Assembly: GCA_002309575.1 (NCBI GenBank)
Contig: DBXP01000044.1
Location: 1 to 60,287 of the forward strand
Direction: 5' to 3'
Length of the DNA: 60,287 nucleotides
Origin: a bacterium UBP6_UBA1209
Lineage (GTDB): Bacteria > UBP6 > UBA1177
Positions within the stretch are counted from its first letter, which is position 1, and each line of letters starts with the position of its first letter. Below, in pieces: positions 25,217-35,671 of this stretch. The notes beneath the pieces were generated by a model that saw only the letters and a list, made by a program, of their open reading frames with translations, was not told the DNA's origin and searched no databases. Both the position numbers and the translations under genes were made by a program.

Positions 25217-25967
25217 CTTTTTTGTACGCGGCAAGCGCTGAAGAGACGACCTTGTCAAGATCACAGTATTTTTTCAAAAACGACGGGTTGAAATCCTGGT
25301 TCATTCCGAGCAGATCGTAGATCACAAGCACCTGACCGTCAGTGTCGTTCCCGGCCCCGATGCCGATCGTCGGGATCTTGAGAGCCCTGGTGATCTCTGC
25401 CGCCAGAGTATGCGGGATCGATTCCAGGACGATGAGATCCGCACCGGCCTCTTCGATACATTTCGCGGATTTGAAGATGAACTCCCTCTCTTCGTCGTTT
25501 TTGCCCTGCTTTAAAAAGCCGCCGAACTTGTTGACGAACTGCGGAGTGAGTCCGACGTGACCGCAAACCGGGATCCCAGATCTGGTCAGGGTTTTGACGA
25601 GTCCGGCGATCTCTTCTCCGCCCTCGAGCTTGACTGCCTCGGCACCTGCCTTCAAAAGCTTTACGGCGTTGCGGACTCCTGATTCTATCGAGGCCTGGTA
25701 GCTTCCAAAAGGCATGTCTGCAATAATAAATGCATTTTTTACAGCCCTTTTGACGGCTCGGACGTGATACTCCATCTCTTCGATCGAGACATTGAGAGTG
25801 TTCTCTTCACCCTTGATCACCATTCCGAGGCTGTCGCCGACAAGGACGCTTTCGATTTCAGCCTTCTCGACCAGCCGTGCGAACGAGGCGTCGTAGCAGG
25901 TCACCACCGAAATTTTATCGTGCTTTTCCTTCATCCCTTTCAGGACGGGCAGAGTGATTTTATTCAT
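25203..25967 (-). CDS. panB: 3-methyl-2-oxobutanoate hydroxymethyltransferase
   Basis: LVGDSLGM, IADMPFGSY, AVKLEGG, GHVGLTPQ and PTIGIGAG...DGQVLV. Confidence 0.96.
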   Translation of the reverse strand: MNKITLPVLKGMKEKHDKISVVTCYDASFARLVEKAEIESVLVGDSLGMVIKGEENTLNVSIEEMEYHVRAVKRAVKNAFIIADMPFGSYQASIESGVRNAVKLLKAGAEAVKLEGGEEIAGLVKTLTRSGIPVCGHVGLTPQFVNKFGGFLKQGKNDEEREFIFKSAKCIEEAGADLIVLESIPHTLAAEITRALKIPTIGIGAGNDTDGQVLVIYDLLGMNQDFNPSFLKKYCDLDKVVSSALAAYKKDVKS

Positions 25968-26778
25968 TTTTCCTCCGGTAAATCTCCTCCTCGAGCATAA
26001 GAATCGTCTGCCAGTCGAGTTCTTCCGACCTTTTGGCGGCGATATCTCCGTGAATTTTTAATATTTTCTGGTCTAAACCATTGATTTTAAAGACGTTCTG
26101 CATCGTTTTCCTGCGGTTTGAAAAGAGGATCCTTGCAGTGTTTGCAAAACTTTCAAGCCTTGTTCTGTCGAAATCGTGGCGTTCGAAGGTTATCTTCAGA
26201 AGCCCGCTTTCGACCTTGGGGGCAGGGTAAAAATCTTCGGGCGGCAGAGTAAAAAGATAGTCTGAGTGGCCTAAAAAACGAATCAGGGCCGCGATCGGAC
26301 CGAAATCACGGTTCTGTGGTTCTGCGGAAAAACGTTCTGAGACCTCTTTCTGAAGCAGAAAGACCGCGCCGTCGATGAACCGGCTCTCGAGACAGGTGTT
26401 CATCACGATGAGAGAGCTGACCTGGTAGGGCAGATTCCCGAAAATATAACCGCGTTTTCCTTCAAAAAAGGGCTCCAGTCTCAGTTTTGCTCCGTCTGCC
26501 TCTACAACGGACGCCTGCTCTGAAAATCTCTTTTTTAAAATCCCGAGCATCGTCGCGTCGATATCGGTCACGGTGAGCGGAGAGAGGGATCTCTCGAGCG
26601 CCTTTTCGGTCAAAGCTCCGAGACCGCCGCCGATCTCAATATAAAAACCGGCGTTTTGAGGGATCGCGCCGGCAATTTTTCCGAGCGATTCATCGTTGAA
26701 CAGGAAGTTCTGTGAGAAGCTTTTTTTTGCGCGTGTTCCGTTTTTTGCGAGAAATTGTTTCAGTTCAGACAGGTTCAT
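25960..26778 (-). CDS. rsmA: 16S rRNA m6,2A dimethyltransferase RsmA/KsgA
   Basis: KKSFSQNFL, EIGGGLGALT, GNLPYQVSS, QKEV and F.PAPKVES. Confidence 0.92.
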   Translation of the reverse strand: MNLSELKQFLAKNGTRAKKSFSQNFLFNDESLGKIAGAIPQNAGFYIEIGGGLGALTEKALERSLSPLTVTDIDATMLGILKKRFSEQASVVEADGAKLRLEPFFEGKRGYIFGNLPYQVSSLIVMNTCLESRFIDGAVFLLQKEVSERFSAEPQNRDFGPIAALIRFLGHSDYLFTLPPEDFYPAPKVESGLLKITFERHDFDRTRLESFANTARILFSNRRKTMQNVFKINGLDQKILKIHGDIAAKRSEELDWQTILMLEEEIYRRKNE

Positions 26779-26840
26779 CTTCTCTCCGTTTCGCGTTTCG
26801 TGAACTAAAGATAGCACTATCCGCGAAAAAAAACCAACCT

Positions 26841-27698
26841 TTATTGCAAAGCTGCTCCGCTCTCCGGTCCCTGTCCGGTATTTTCAGGTCCGTTTTTTAA
26901 CTCTGTGTCGGTTTTTTCGGGCGCTTCAGGGAGCTCGGATATGATTCGAACGATCTGCTGCTCCGCAAAAATGGCGTGTAATTCCCTGCCGTTGGCTAGT
27001 CTGAATCGGCCTTCGCCGTGCCATTTTCCCTTTGACCATTCACCGGTATACTGAGCTTTGTCGGTATAGTTGAATGTTCCGGTCCCGCTGATCTCGCCCT
27101 CTGAAAACTCTCCGTAGTAGCTGCTCCCGTCCGGAAAGAGCAGAGATCCGTAACCGTCCATTTTGTCAGAACGCCAGGTCCCGTTGTATTTGACTCCGGA
27201 GGCGTAGACGTAGACTCCGTGCCCATCTTTTTTCCCCTCTTTCCAGTGGCCGTCGTAGACATCGCCGTTTGCGAGCACGAGTTTGCCCTTGCCGTCCCGG
27301 ACTCCGTCGAAGGTCTCCCCGTAGTATCCGGGGGCGGTTTTAGGTTCGTTGGCTTCGGCAGGCTTTTCTGTAAATGCCGGTTTTTCTTCAGGTTTTTTGT
27401 TTTTTAAAGGAAGGTTTTCCGGGGTTTTTGTCTCGTCGGCAGGCGTTTGCGTCAGGCTCTTTTCGAGCGTCGTTTCCGGTTTTTTTTCATCCTTCATTGA
27501 ACTCTTTTTGCCCTTTTTTTTGTATTTCGAGGGCAGCTGGATCAGCTCCTTGTCTATCTTTTTGTAGTCTTCACGGTAGCCGTTTATCCTTTCGTCGCAC
27601 TGTCTGGGAAGTTCTCCTATGCCGCGGTTTTCAATGTCGAATTCATCGGCTTGCAGAGAAAAAGAAGTCAGGAAAAAGAGGAGAAAAAGCGGAATCAT
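26841..27698 (-). CDS. Secreted MORN-repeat protein
   Basis: Signal peptide and repeated Y.G.W..GK.DG.G.Y.Y..G units. Start uncertain (ORF extends to 27752). Confidence 0.85.
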   Translation of the reverse strand: MIPLFLLFFLTSFSLQADEFDIENRGIGELPRQCDERINGYREDYKKIDKELIQLPSKYKKKGKKSSMKDEKKPETTLEKSLTQTPADETKTPENLPLKNKKPEEKPAFTEKPAEANEPKTAPGYYGETFDGVRDGKGKLVLANGDVYDGHWKEGKKDGHGVYVYASGVKYNGTWRSDKMDGYGSLLFPDGSSYYGEFSEGEISGTGTFNYTDKAQYTGEWSKGKWHGEGRFRLANGRELHAIFAEQQIVRIISELPEAPEKTDTELKNGPENTGQGPESGAALQ

Positions 27699-27797
27699 AA
27701 ATATGAAAAAAAGGATGTTGGATTCGATCTGACCGTTTGCTGAATTTTTCAAAGAAAAACTCCAAAATCAAAAAAACATCCCAAATTCTGCTGAAAT

Positions 27798-27825
27798 ATT
27801 TTAGGTAAAAAGGCGCGTGAGTCAA
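27798..27825 (-). promoter_or_regulatory. Putative promoter for the MORN-rsmA-panB-apbE run
   Basis: TTGACT-N16-TAAAAT. Confidence 0.5.
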
Positions 27826-27834
27826 GTAAAGTGT

Positions 27835-27862
27835 TTGACAGAAAAAGTTTGAATAATAGAAT
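27835..27862 (+). promoter_or_regulatory. Putative parB promoter
   Basis: TTGACA-N16-TAGAAT, 25 bp upstream of the parB ATG. Confidence 0.55.
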
Positions 27863-27887
27863 TGCAAGTTATTTTACGGAGGAGACG

Positions 27888-28727
27888 ATGCTTATACCTA
27901 ATGATAAGAAAAAACTGGGACGCGGAATGGATGTGCTGCTCTCGAAAAAGACCAACGAGATGGTTTCTCTCGATATCTCCGAGATCGTTCCCAATCCGGA
28001 CCAGCCTAGAAAATATTTTGACGACGAGAAGCTTGCCGAGCTTGCCGAATCGATCAGGCAGTACGGGATCATCCAGCCGCTTGTCGTAAAAAAGGACGGC
28101 GACAAATACCGGATCGTAGCGGGCGAGAGGCGTTACCGTGCTGCGCAGCTTGCCGGGCTCTCAAAGGTCCCTGCCGTGATCTTCAAGGGTGAAAACGAAT
28201 ATCATGTTTCGCTGATCGAAAATCTGCAGCGCGAGGATCTCAACCCGATCGAGGTCGCGGAGGCATACAACGAGCTGATGACCAGCTTCGGCTACAATCA
28301 GGAGGAGCTTGCTCAAAAGGTCGGGAAAAGCCGCAGTGATGTCAGCAACTTTACGCGTCTGCTGAACCTTTGCGAAGAGGTCAAGGATCTTGTCCGCACA
28401 GGGCGGCTTTCGGCAGGACAGGCGCGTCCGCTCATCGTTCTGACGGAAAAGGAGCAGATCTTCTGGGCCGACGAGATAATCAGAAGGAAGCTTGCCGTCC
28501 GCCAGATCGAGCAGCTTCTGGCGTCGAAAAAATCGGATTCGAAGCCACAGCCGGCAAAAAGGAGCGCAGATGATTTTTCAAGGTATGAAAAGAGTCTCGG
28601 CAAAAGAGTCGGCGCAAAGGTCCAGGTCAAGCCGAAGAGAAACGGCGAAGTGGCTGTCACGATGAATTTCAAGGCGGTCGCCGATTTCGAGAAGTTCTCA
28701 AAGTTATTGGAAGATTCCTCCAAGTAG
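27888..28727 (+). CDS. parB: Chromosome partitioning protein ParB/Spo0J
   Basis: LGRGMD.LL, PNPDQPRK.F, GIIQPL, IVAGERRYRAA, LIENLQREDLNPIE.A and HTH GKSRS.VSN..RLL. RBS GGAG before ATG 27888. Confidence 0.95.
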   Translation: MLIPNDKKKLGRGMDVLLSKKTNEMVSLDISEIVPNPDQPRKYFDDEKLAELAESIRQYGIIQPLVVKKDGDKYRIVAGERRYRAAQLAGLSKVPAVIFKGENEYHVSLIENLQREDLNPIEVAEAYNELMTSFGYNQEELAQKVGKSRSDVSNFTRLLNLCEEVKDLVRTGRLSAGQARPLIVLTEKEQIFWADEIIRRKLAVRQIEQLLASKKSDSKPQPAKRSADDFSRYEKSLGKRVGAKVQVKPKRNGEVAVTMNFKAVADFEKFSKLLEDSSK

Positions 28728-28731
28728 CCGA

Positions 28732-28747
28732 CGTTTCACATGAAACA
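28732..28747. promoter_or_regulatory. parS-like centromere site
   Basis: CGTTTCACATGAAACA matches the consensus TGTTTCACGTGAAACA at 14/16 positions and lies 4 bp after the parB stop. Confidence 0.7.
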
Positions 28748-29444
28748 TTTTGCACTTTTTCTGATCCTGCTCGTGCTTGCGTTTCCTGTTTCGGGCGACG
28801 ACAAGTTTGTTGTCGTTATCGACCCCGGACACGGCGGAAACAATATAGGCGCGGTTTCGGGAGAGCTTGTCGAGAAGGATCTGACCCTGGATCTTGCCAA
28901 GCGGGTAGGCGAGCTTTTCAGGAAGAGGCCGTACAAAAATCTGAGGCTGCTCTACACCCGCCAGCAGGATGTCTCCTTTCCTATAAAAAAGAGGGTGGAT
29001 TTCATCCTCGAAACAGAGCCGGATCTTGTCGTTTCTCTGCATTTCAACAGCCAGAAGGTGCTGACTACGAACCGTGGTTTCGAGATTTACTATCCGGCCG
29101 ATTTTCTGAGCACCGACGCGAAAAATGTTGCCTTTTACTACGACCGGGCGAACAGATCCTTCCTGTATGCCGGGATCTTTCAGGATGTCTACGCGAAACG
29201 GAATATCGAAAAGGTGTGGAAACTGCCGTTCAATATGGTTTCGCAGCGCGAGAACCTCATGATATTCGATGATACGCGTTCGCCTTCACTGCTGCTTGAG
29301 ATCGCATATCTGACATCCCCGGAGGACAGAGCGTGCATAGAAAATCCTGAATTTCTTGATGATATCGCAGCCTACATCCATGATGCGATAGCGGCGGTTT
29401 TGATTTACAACAAAAATTTGAAAGCAAAGAGCAATGTCCCCTGA
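28740..29444 (+). CDS. N-acetylmuramoyl-L-alanine amidase (Amidase_3)
   Basis: Signal peptide, VVIDPGHGG, VEK..TL, YTR..D, VSLHFNS, GFEIYY and LLEIAYLT. Confidence 0.9.
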   Translation: MKHFALFLILLVLAFPVSGDDKFVVVIDPGHGGNNIGAVSGELVEKDLTLDLAKRVGELFRKRPYKNLRLLYTRQQDVSFPIKKRVDFILETEPDLVVSLHFNSQKVLTTNRGFEIYYPADFLSTDAKNVAFYYDRANRSFLYAGIFQDVYAKRNIEKVWKLPFNMVSQRENLMIFDDTRSPSLLLEIAYLTSPEDRACIENPEFLDDIAAYIHDAIAAVLIYNKNLKAKSNVP

Positions 29445-30342
29445 AACCACTGTAAAAACCGCTCTGGCAGAGGCCGCGGCCAGGCTTTCGGGCTGCTCGG
29501 AATCTCCGCGTCTGGATGCCGAGATCCTTCTTTCGCACACGCTGGGTGTTCCCCGTTTCGACCTTCTGGTCGACGGCGGACGCGTTCTGGAAGAGGCCGA
29601 CCGCCTGAGGTTCGGCGAATTTGTCGAGAGGCGTGCAAAGGCGGAGCCTGTCGCATATATAACGAAAAGCCGGGATTTTTTTGAGGACACTTTTTATGTG
29701 GACGAGCGTGTTCTGGTGCCGCGTCCGGAGAGCGAATTTGTGGTGGAAACTTCACTGCGTTTACTTCAACATGTTGAAAAACCTAGCGTTTTAGATATCT
29801 GCTGCGGGAGCGGATGCATCGGTTTGAGTTTTCTTCGGGTCCATCCGTGCGAACTGACGCTTGCCGATATTTCCGCCGAAGCGCTGGAGGTCTCAAAAAT
29901 CAACGCGAAGAGGCTCTTCCCGTCAGATCCGGCTATAAATTTTGTCGAGAGCGACCTTTTTGCTGAAATTACGGGGGTTTTTGATCTTATAACCGCCAAT
30001 CCGCCCTATCTTTCGGCTGAAGATATGGCTGAATTTGTTGACGGAACGCTTGAGTTTGAACCGAGGAACGCCCTTTTCGGCGGAGAGAGCGGCTTCGAGT
30101 TTACGGAGAGACTCATAAACGAAGCAAAGGAGCACCTGAAGCCGGGCGGCTTTCTTGTCACCGAGCTCGGCTATTGCGGCGAAAGGTTTGCAAGAGAAAA
30201 AAAATATGAACTAAAATTTGTGGAAATTATAAATGATTATGCCGGGATAGGCCGTGTCGCCGTTTTTGTGCGCGATCAGGCTATTGAAAAAAAGGCGATT
30301 GTGATTAAAAGAGAGACACACAAATCATTGGAGGAAAAATGA
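29434..30342 (+). CDS. prmC: Release factor glutamine methyltransferase
   Basis: [38 protein letters not shown] and FEP..ALFGG. Confidence 0.93.
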   Translation: MSPETTVKTALAEAAARLSGCSESPRLDAEILLSHTLGVPRFDLLVDGGRVLEEADRLRFGEFVERRAKAEPVAYITKSRDFFEDTFYVDERVLVPRPESEFVVETSLRLLQHVEKPSVLDICCGSGCIGLSFLRVHPCELTLADISAEALEVSKINAKRLFPSDPAINFVESDLFAEITGVFDLITANPPYLSAEDMAEFVDGTLEFEPRNALFGGESGFEFTERLINEAKEHLKPGGFLVTELGYCGERFAREKKYELKFVEIINDYAGIGRVAVFVRDQAIEKKAIVIKRETHKSLEEK

Positions 30343-30944
30343 ACGAAAACGATAAGACGAAAGCCTCTCTGGTGCCGATTGTTGTTGAAAAAGAGGGCGC
30401 CGGCGAGAGGTCGTACGATATCTATTCGCGTCTGCTGAAGGACAGGATCATCATCCTCGGCGAGGAGATCACCGACGATGTCGCAAACGCGGTCGTGGCG
30501 CAGCTTCTTCTGCTTGAGGGACAGGACAGCGAGCAGGAGATCAAACTCTACATCAACAGCCCGGGAGGATCGGTAACGGCGGGGCTTGCTATTTACGACA
30601 CCATGCAGTACATCAAGCCGGATGTCGCGACGATCTGCATCGGTCAGGCAGCCAGCATGGCGGCGGTGCTTCTGGCGAGCGGAGCGAAGGGAAAGCGCCT
30701 CTCGCTGCCGAATTCGAGGCTCATGATCCACCAGCCGCTCGGAGGATTCCGCGGTCAGGCGACCGACATCGAGATCCATGCGAAGGAGATCCTTTTCATC
30801 AAGGAACGGCTGACGCAGATCCTTCACGAGCACACAGGTCACGACATCGACGAGCTCAAGCGCGATATGGAACGCGACTTTTTCATGTCAGCGGAGGAGG
30901 GCGTCCGCTACGGTCTGATCGACAGGGTCGTTACGAATCGTTAA
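30339..30944 (+). CDS. clpP: ATP-dependent Clp protease proteolytic subunit
   Basis: [34 protein letters not shown] and MIHQP. Confidence 0.98.
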   Translation: MNENDKTKASLVPIVVEKEGAGERSYDIYSRLLKDRIIILGEEITDDVANAVVAQLLLLEGQDSEQEIKLYINSPGGSVTAGLAIYDTMQYIKPDVATICIGQAASMAAVLLASGAKGKRLSLPNSRLMIHQPLGGFRGQATDIEIHAKEILFIKERLTQILHEHTGHDIDELKRDMERDFFMSAEEGVRYGLIDRVVTNR

Positions 30945-30959
30945 CGGCGGGATGTGAAG

Positions 30960-32216
30960 ATGAGTCCGAAGAAAAACACTATAAATACGCCCTGCTGCGA
31001 TTTCTGCGGAAGACCTCAGAGCGAAGTCGGAATGCTGATCGCCGGTGTCAACGCCCGTATCTGCACCGAGTGTGTTGCTCTCTGCAATGATGTTATGAAC
31101 GGAGAGGAGCAGCCCCAGAAAAAGGAGAGCAGGCGTCCTGCTGCGCGCAGGCCGGTCGATGTTACGCCGGCGCAGATCAAGCGGCATCTCGACGACTATG
31201 TTATCGGTCAGGATTATGCCAAGAAGGTGCTCTCCGTCGCGGTTTACAACCACTACAAGCGGATAAATTCTCCTCACAGGTCGGACAACGCGGTCATCCA
31301 GAAGAGCAATGTGCTCCTGCTCGGACCGACTGGATCGGGCAAGACGCTGCTCGCCAAGTCGCTGGCAAACTTTCTGCAGGTGCCCTTCGCTATTTCGGAT
31401 GCGACGGCGCTGACGGAGGCGGGTTATGTCGGCGATGATGTCGAGAACATCCTGCTTTCGCTGATCCAGGCGGCCGGCGGCGATGTCAAGCTTGCCGAGC
31501 GCGGGATCGTCTATGTTGACGAGATCGACAAGATCGCCAGAAAGTCGGAAAACATGTCTATCACCCGTGATGTAAGCGGCGAGGGCGTCCAGCAGGCGCT
31601 GCTCAAGATGATCGAGGGTACGATCGCCAACGTGCCGCCGGGCGGAGGCCGCAAGCACCCCTATCAGGAGTGCATAAAGATCGACACCACTAACATCCTC
31701 TTCATCGTCGGAGGTGCGTTTGTCGGCATCGAAGGCATCATCGGCAGGCGGATCGGCAAAAAGATGGTCGGCTTCGAGGCGGACAACTCGGCTGTCAGAT
31801 CCCGGGAGGAGCATCTGCTTGCAGAGTTGCAGCCGGAGGACCTTTTGAAGTACGGTCTGATCCCCGAGCTGGTCGGCAGACTTCCTGTCACGGCCTATCT
31901 CGAAGAGCTGACGCACGACGAGCTTCTGCGCGTTCTGACAGAACCGAAGGATTCTCTGATCGGGCAGTACGAGCAGCTTTTCCGGATGGACGGGATGAAA
32001 CTCACCTTCACGGACGAGGCTCTTTCGGAGGTCGTTAACAAGGCGGAGCGGCTCAAGACAGGAGCCCGCGGACTGCGGCGGATCATCGAGGCTGCAATGC
32101 TTGACGTCATGTTCGAGGCCCCTGACGAAAAGGGGCAGATCGACGAGCTCATCATTACTCCGGAGGTGATTTCCGGCCATGCTGAGCCGAAAAAAATCAT
32201 TAAAAATCTGAAATAA
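30960..32216 (+). CDS. clpX: ATP-dependent Clp protease ATP-binding subunit ClpX
   Basis: C4 zinc finger, [32 protein letters not shown] loop and TGARGLR. Confidence 0.98.
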   Translation: MSPKKNTINTPCCDFCGRPQSEVGMLIAGVNARICTECVALCNDVMNGEEQPQKKESRRPAARRPVDVTPAQIKRHLDDYVIGQDYAKKVLSVAVYNHYKRINSPHRSDNAVIQKSNVLLLGPTGSGKTLLAKSLANFLQVPFAISDATALTEAGYVGDDVENILLSLIQAAGGDVKLAERGIVYVDEIDKIARKSENMSITRDVSGEGVQQALLKMIEGTIANVPPGGGRKHPYQECIKIDTTNILFIVGGAFVGIEGIIGRRIGKKMVGFEADNSAVRSREEHLLAELQPEDLLKYGLIPELVGRLPVTAYLEELTHDELLRVLTEPKDSLIGQYEQLFRMDGMKLTFTDEALSEVVNKAERLKTGARGLRRIIEAAMLDVMFEAPDEKGQIDELIITPEVISGHAEPKKIIKNLK

Positions 32217-32228
32217 GGGACAATACTT

Positions 32229-34676
32229 ATGCCTAAAAAAGGTAATGTCAGACTTCCGGTCCTGCTGAACGAGGATTTTGTTGTTTTTCCTGAGACGTCG
32301 GCGGATATCTATCCGTCGGCAGGGGAATTTTATGCCGCTGAGCATTCGATCACGATGAACGGCGATCTGCTGCTTCTGGCCTATCGGGATCCTGATTCCG
32401 CACAGGACGACGGCAGCGATTTCCTGCCGTATGCCACGCTCTGCCACATGGAAGACTTCGTTGAGCTCCCGATCGGAAAATACAAACTTACTCTCAATGC
32501 GCTCAATGTCGTTGAGATCGGAAACGTCAAAGTCGATGCAGGCGGCTGCTTTACGGCCGAAACCAGATCCGTTCTGCCTTACGGTAACGCCGGCGGCGCT
32601 CTTGCGGCAAAGGCCCGTGCGGTCAGGCTGCTGGTCCGCGAATACCTCAAGGCCTACAATGCGCCGGGAGACCTTGCCGAGAGCACAAGCGCAATCCGAG
32701 ATACGAAAAAGCTTGTCAACGTCTTTGCTTCTCTTATCCGGCAGGGCAGCGTGACTCCGTTCTACCAGATGCTGGTCGAGACGGATCTCAGCAAAAAAAT
32801 CGATATGCTGATGGAACTTGCGAAGATGGATCTGAAGACCCACAGCTATGAAAGCGAGATCGATCACCGGGTCCAGGAGCTTTTCGACAAACGTCAGCGC
32901 GAAGCCTTCCTCAGCGAAAAGATCCGCGAGCTTAACGACGAACTCTCCCAGCTCTACTCGCCGCAGCCGCCGGATCCTTTTGCCGACGACGACCAGGATT
33001 TGACTCAGGAACCGGATGCGGTCGGTGACGATATCGAAGAGGATCAGATGTTTGCCGGGCCCCAGCACTATGACAGCCAGCTCTTCCGCAGGATCAAGCA
33101 GCTCGAGGCACCGCAGTTCGTCAAGGACCGTCTCCGTGACGAATTCCGCAAACTGACACGCTCGAACCCGTTCGGGCAGGATCAGGAGGTGGTCAGGAAC
33201 TATATCGAGACAGTCGTTTCGCTCCCCTGGGCAAAAAGCGACGAGTGCGACATCGACATAAAGAAGGCGAAGGCTCAGCTTGATGCGGATCACTTCGGGC
33301 TCGACGACGTAAAAAAGCGTATCCTCGAATATCTGGCGGTCCTGAAGCTTGCCGGAAGCGATGTCAAGTCTCCGATAGTCTGTCTTGTCGGACCTCCCGG
33401 AGTAGGCAAAACAAGTATCGCAGGTTCTCTTGCAAAGGCTCTCGGCAGAAAGTTTATCCGGCAGTCGCTCGGCGGAGTCCACGACGAGGCCGAGATCCGC
33501 GGGCACCGAAGCACCTACGTCGGCGCGATGCCCGGCAGGATCATTTCGTCGCTCAAAAAGGCAGGCGTCAACAACCCGCTCTTCCTTCTCGACGAGATCG
33601 ACAAAATGAGCAGCGACTACCGCGGCGATCCGGCTTCGGCAATGCTCGAGGTCCTGGATCCGGAGCAGAACAGCACCTTCGTTGACCACTACATCGACAT
33701 GGAGTTCGACCTGAGCAAGGTCCTCTTTATCGCAACGGCAAACGACGCTCACAATATTCCGCGGGCGCTTTACGACAGGATGGAGATCATCGAAATCGAC
33801 GGCTACACCAACTTCGAGAAGAAGAATATCGCTCTTGACTATCTTGTGGCGAAGCAGAAAAAGTTCAACGGGATCGAAGGGGTCGACCTCAAATTTTCCC
33901 AGAAGGGGCTTGAGACCCTGATCAGCAGCTACACGATGGAATCCGGAGTCCGCGAGCTTGAGCGCAAAATCGGCGAGATCTGCCGCAAAATCGCCTTCGA
34001 GAGCGTGAACGAACCCGAAAAACAGAGAGCTTCCGTCGTGATTACCGAAAAGAACATTTCGGATTATCTCGGAACCGAAAAGTATTACCAGAACAAGACC
34101 GGGAAAAACGGCGAGATCGGCGTCGTCAACGGTCTTGCATGGACTCCGTACGGCGGGACGACACTCGAGATCGAGGCGATCCGCTACCCGGGCAAAGGCG
34201 AGGTCAAGGTCACTGGCAGCCTCGGCGACGTGATGAAGGAATCTGTCGAGATCGCGGTGAGTTACGTCAAGAAATACTTGAATATATACCGTGAAGTCGA
34301 TGAAAATATCTGGACAAATTCGACATTTCACCTCCATTTCCCGGAGGGGGCTACTCCGAAGGACGGTCCATCGGCGGGTGCTGCGATCTCGCTGGCTGTC
34401 GCCTCTTTGGTCTCAGGGGTCCCGGTCCCGTCGAATCTCGCTATGACGGGTGAGATCACGCTTCGCGGCAGGATCCTGAAAATCGGCGGTCTCAAGGCAA
34501 AGATCATGGCGGCCAAGCAGGCGGGGATCAAGAGGGTCTTCATTCCCAGGGAAAATGCCGGGGAGTACAACGAGCTTCCCGAAGAGATCAAAAGCGGGAT
34601 CAGTGTCAAACTTGTCTCGAACTGCGACGAGATCCTCTCGGAATGCCTCAGCGCTTCCGGGAAAAAAGCTCGGTAA
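32229..34676 (+). CDS. lon: Lon protease
   Basis: [31 protein letters not shown] and PKDGPSAG with downstream GGLKAK (Ser-Lys dyad). Confidence 0.96.
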   Translation: MPKKGNVRLPVLLNEDFVVFPETSADIYPSAGEFYAAEHSITMNGDLLLLAYRDPDSAQDDGSDFLPYATLCHMEDFVELPIGKYKLTLNALNVVEIGNVKVDAGGCFTAETRSVLPYGNAGGALAAKARAVRLLVREYLKAYNAPGDLAESTSAIRDTKKLVNVFASLIRQGSVTPFYQMLVETDLSKKIDMLMELAKMDLKTHSYESEIDHRVQELFDKRQREAFLSEKIRELNDELSQLYSPQPPDPFADDDQDLTQEPDAVGDDIEEDQMFAGPQHYDSQLFRRIKQLEAPQFVKDRLRDEFRKLTRSNPFGQDQEVVRNYIETVVSLPWAKSDECDIDIKKAKAQLDADHFGLDDVKKRILEYLAVLKLAGSDVKSPIVCLVGPPGVGKTSIAGSLAKALGRKFIRQSLGGVHDEAEIRGHRSTYVGAMPGRIISSLKKAGVNNPLFLLDEIDKMSSDYRGDPASAMLEVLDPEQNSTFVDHYIDMEFDLSKVLFIATANDAHNIPRALYDRMEIIEIDGYTNFEKKNIALDYLVAKQKKFNGIEGVDLKFSQKGLETLISSYTMESGVRELERKIGEICRKIAFESVNEPEKQRASVVITEKNISDYLGTEKYYQNKTGKNGEIGVVNGLAWTPYGGTTLEIEAIRYPGKGEVKVTGSLGDVMKESVEIAVSYVKKYLNIYREVDENIWTNSTFHLHFPEGATPKDGPSAGAAISLAVASLVSGVPVPSNLAMTGEITLRGRILKIGGLKAKIMAAKQAGIKRVFIPRENAGEYNELPEEIKSGISVKLVSNCDEILSECLSASGKKAR

Positions 34677-35196
34677 GAAGTGCCTGCGGGGTCCCTCCGC
34701 AGTTCTTGAAAATCTTATCCAGAAACAGAACGGTTTCAGTGGTGTCTTCAAATGATTTTTCAGTAATTACAGGTGCATCAGGAAAATGGTCCAGCAGGGT
34801 CGCGGCAAAGAAACCGCTTGCACCGGCAGAAATCAGCTCGCCCGTTGCAAAGTCGTAAAGCTTTGTGTTTTTTACTCCGCAGCTCGGACTTTTTCCTTTA
34901 AGGATGAATCCGTCGAAACGGCTGATCGAATTGATAAAATCAGTTGAAAATCTGACCATCTCTTCAGTGAAGAATTTTCCGGTCGCCGGTTGAAAAAGCT
35001 CTTGGACGCCGTTTCTGCAGACAACGCGGATCTTCTCTCTCGGAGAGGGGAAGCCTATTCCCGTTTCGGGGCAGAAATCCCTGAAATCGATATATTTTTT
35101 TACGGTCTCAATGTTGTCATCGATTATCCAGTCTCCGTCGTAGCGGCATCTTCTGATCCCGAAGCAGCGGCTTATGTAAACAACAGGTTTCGGCAT
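34648..35196 (-). CDS. DUF523 / 2-thiouracil desulfurase family protein
   Basis: ISRC.G..CRYDG, FCPE..IG..PRE and GFILK.KSPSCG; RBS AGGAGG. Confidence 0.85.
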   Translation of the reverse strand: MPKPVVYISRCFGIRRCRYDGDWIIDDNIETVKKYIDFRDFCPETGIGFPSPREKIRVVCRNGVQELFQPATGKFFTEEMVRFSTDFINSISRFDGFILKGKSPSCGVKNTKLYDFATGELISAGASGFFAATLLDHFPDAPVITEKSFEDTTETVLFLDKIFKNCGGTPQALLTELFSRKR

Positions 35197-35286
35197 TTCA
35201 ACACCTCCTTTTCTGTGATTTTCACTCGGAAAACAAAAAAAAGAAACAAAAAAACTTCTGATTTTATTAAAGTTTTTGCTTTAAAC

Positions 35287-35314
35287 TTGACAACGCGAAC
35301 TTTTTGTCTATAAA
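35287..35314 (+). promoter_or_regulatory. Putative rpsT promoter
   Basis: TTGACA-N16-TATAAA. Confidence 0.55.
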
Positions 35315-35373
35315 CATCGGGCTTTTATTAGGGTTATTGCCTGTTTACTTTTATATTGATAAAGGAGGATATT

Positions 35374-35658
35374 TTGGCTCACCACAAATCAGCAAAAAAG
35401 AGAATCATTACAAGTGAAAAACGCAACCTTTACAACCGTTCGATCAAATCACGCGTAAAGACCTTCTCTCACCATTTCGAAGATGCTGTAAACAGTGAAA
35501 ATCGCGAAGAATCACAGAAGACATTTGCAACAGCTGTAAGCGAGATCCAGAAGGCTGTAAGCAAAGGCGTTCTTCATAAAAATACTGCTGCTAGAAAGGT
35601 CAGCAGACTTGCACGTCAATTCAACAGAACCTTCGCAGCAAAGGCTGAGCAGAACTAA
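35374..35658 (+). CDS. rpsT: 30S ribosomal protein S20
   Basis: TTG start after AAGGAGG. (M)AHHKSAKKR...N..KS..KT...KGVLHKNTAARKVSRL. Confidence 0.96.
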   Translation: MAHHKSAKKRIITSEKRNLYNRSIKSRVKTFSHHFEDAVNSENREESQKTFATAVSEIQKAVSKGVLHKNTAARKVSRLARQFNRTFAAKAEQN

Positions 35659-35671
35659 CTGCCGTAAAATA

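Noticed and set aside
30888-34337. 1149-aa ORF on the - strand
   Set aside because: Antisense shadow of clpX and lon with no recognisable motif; explained by the codon bias of the sense genes.
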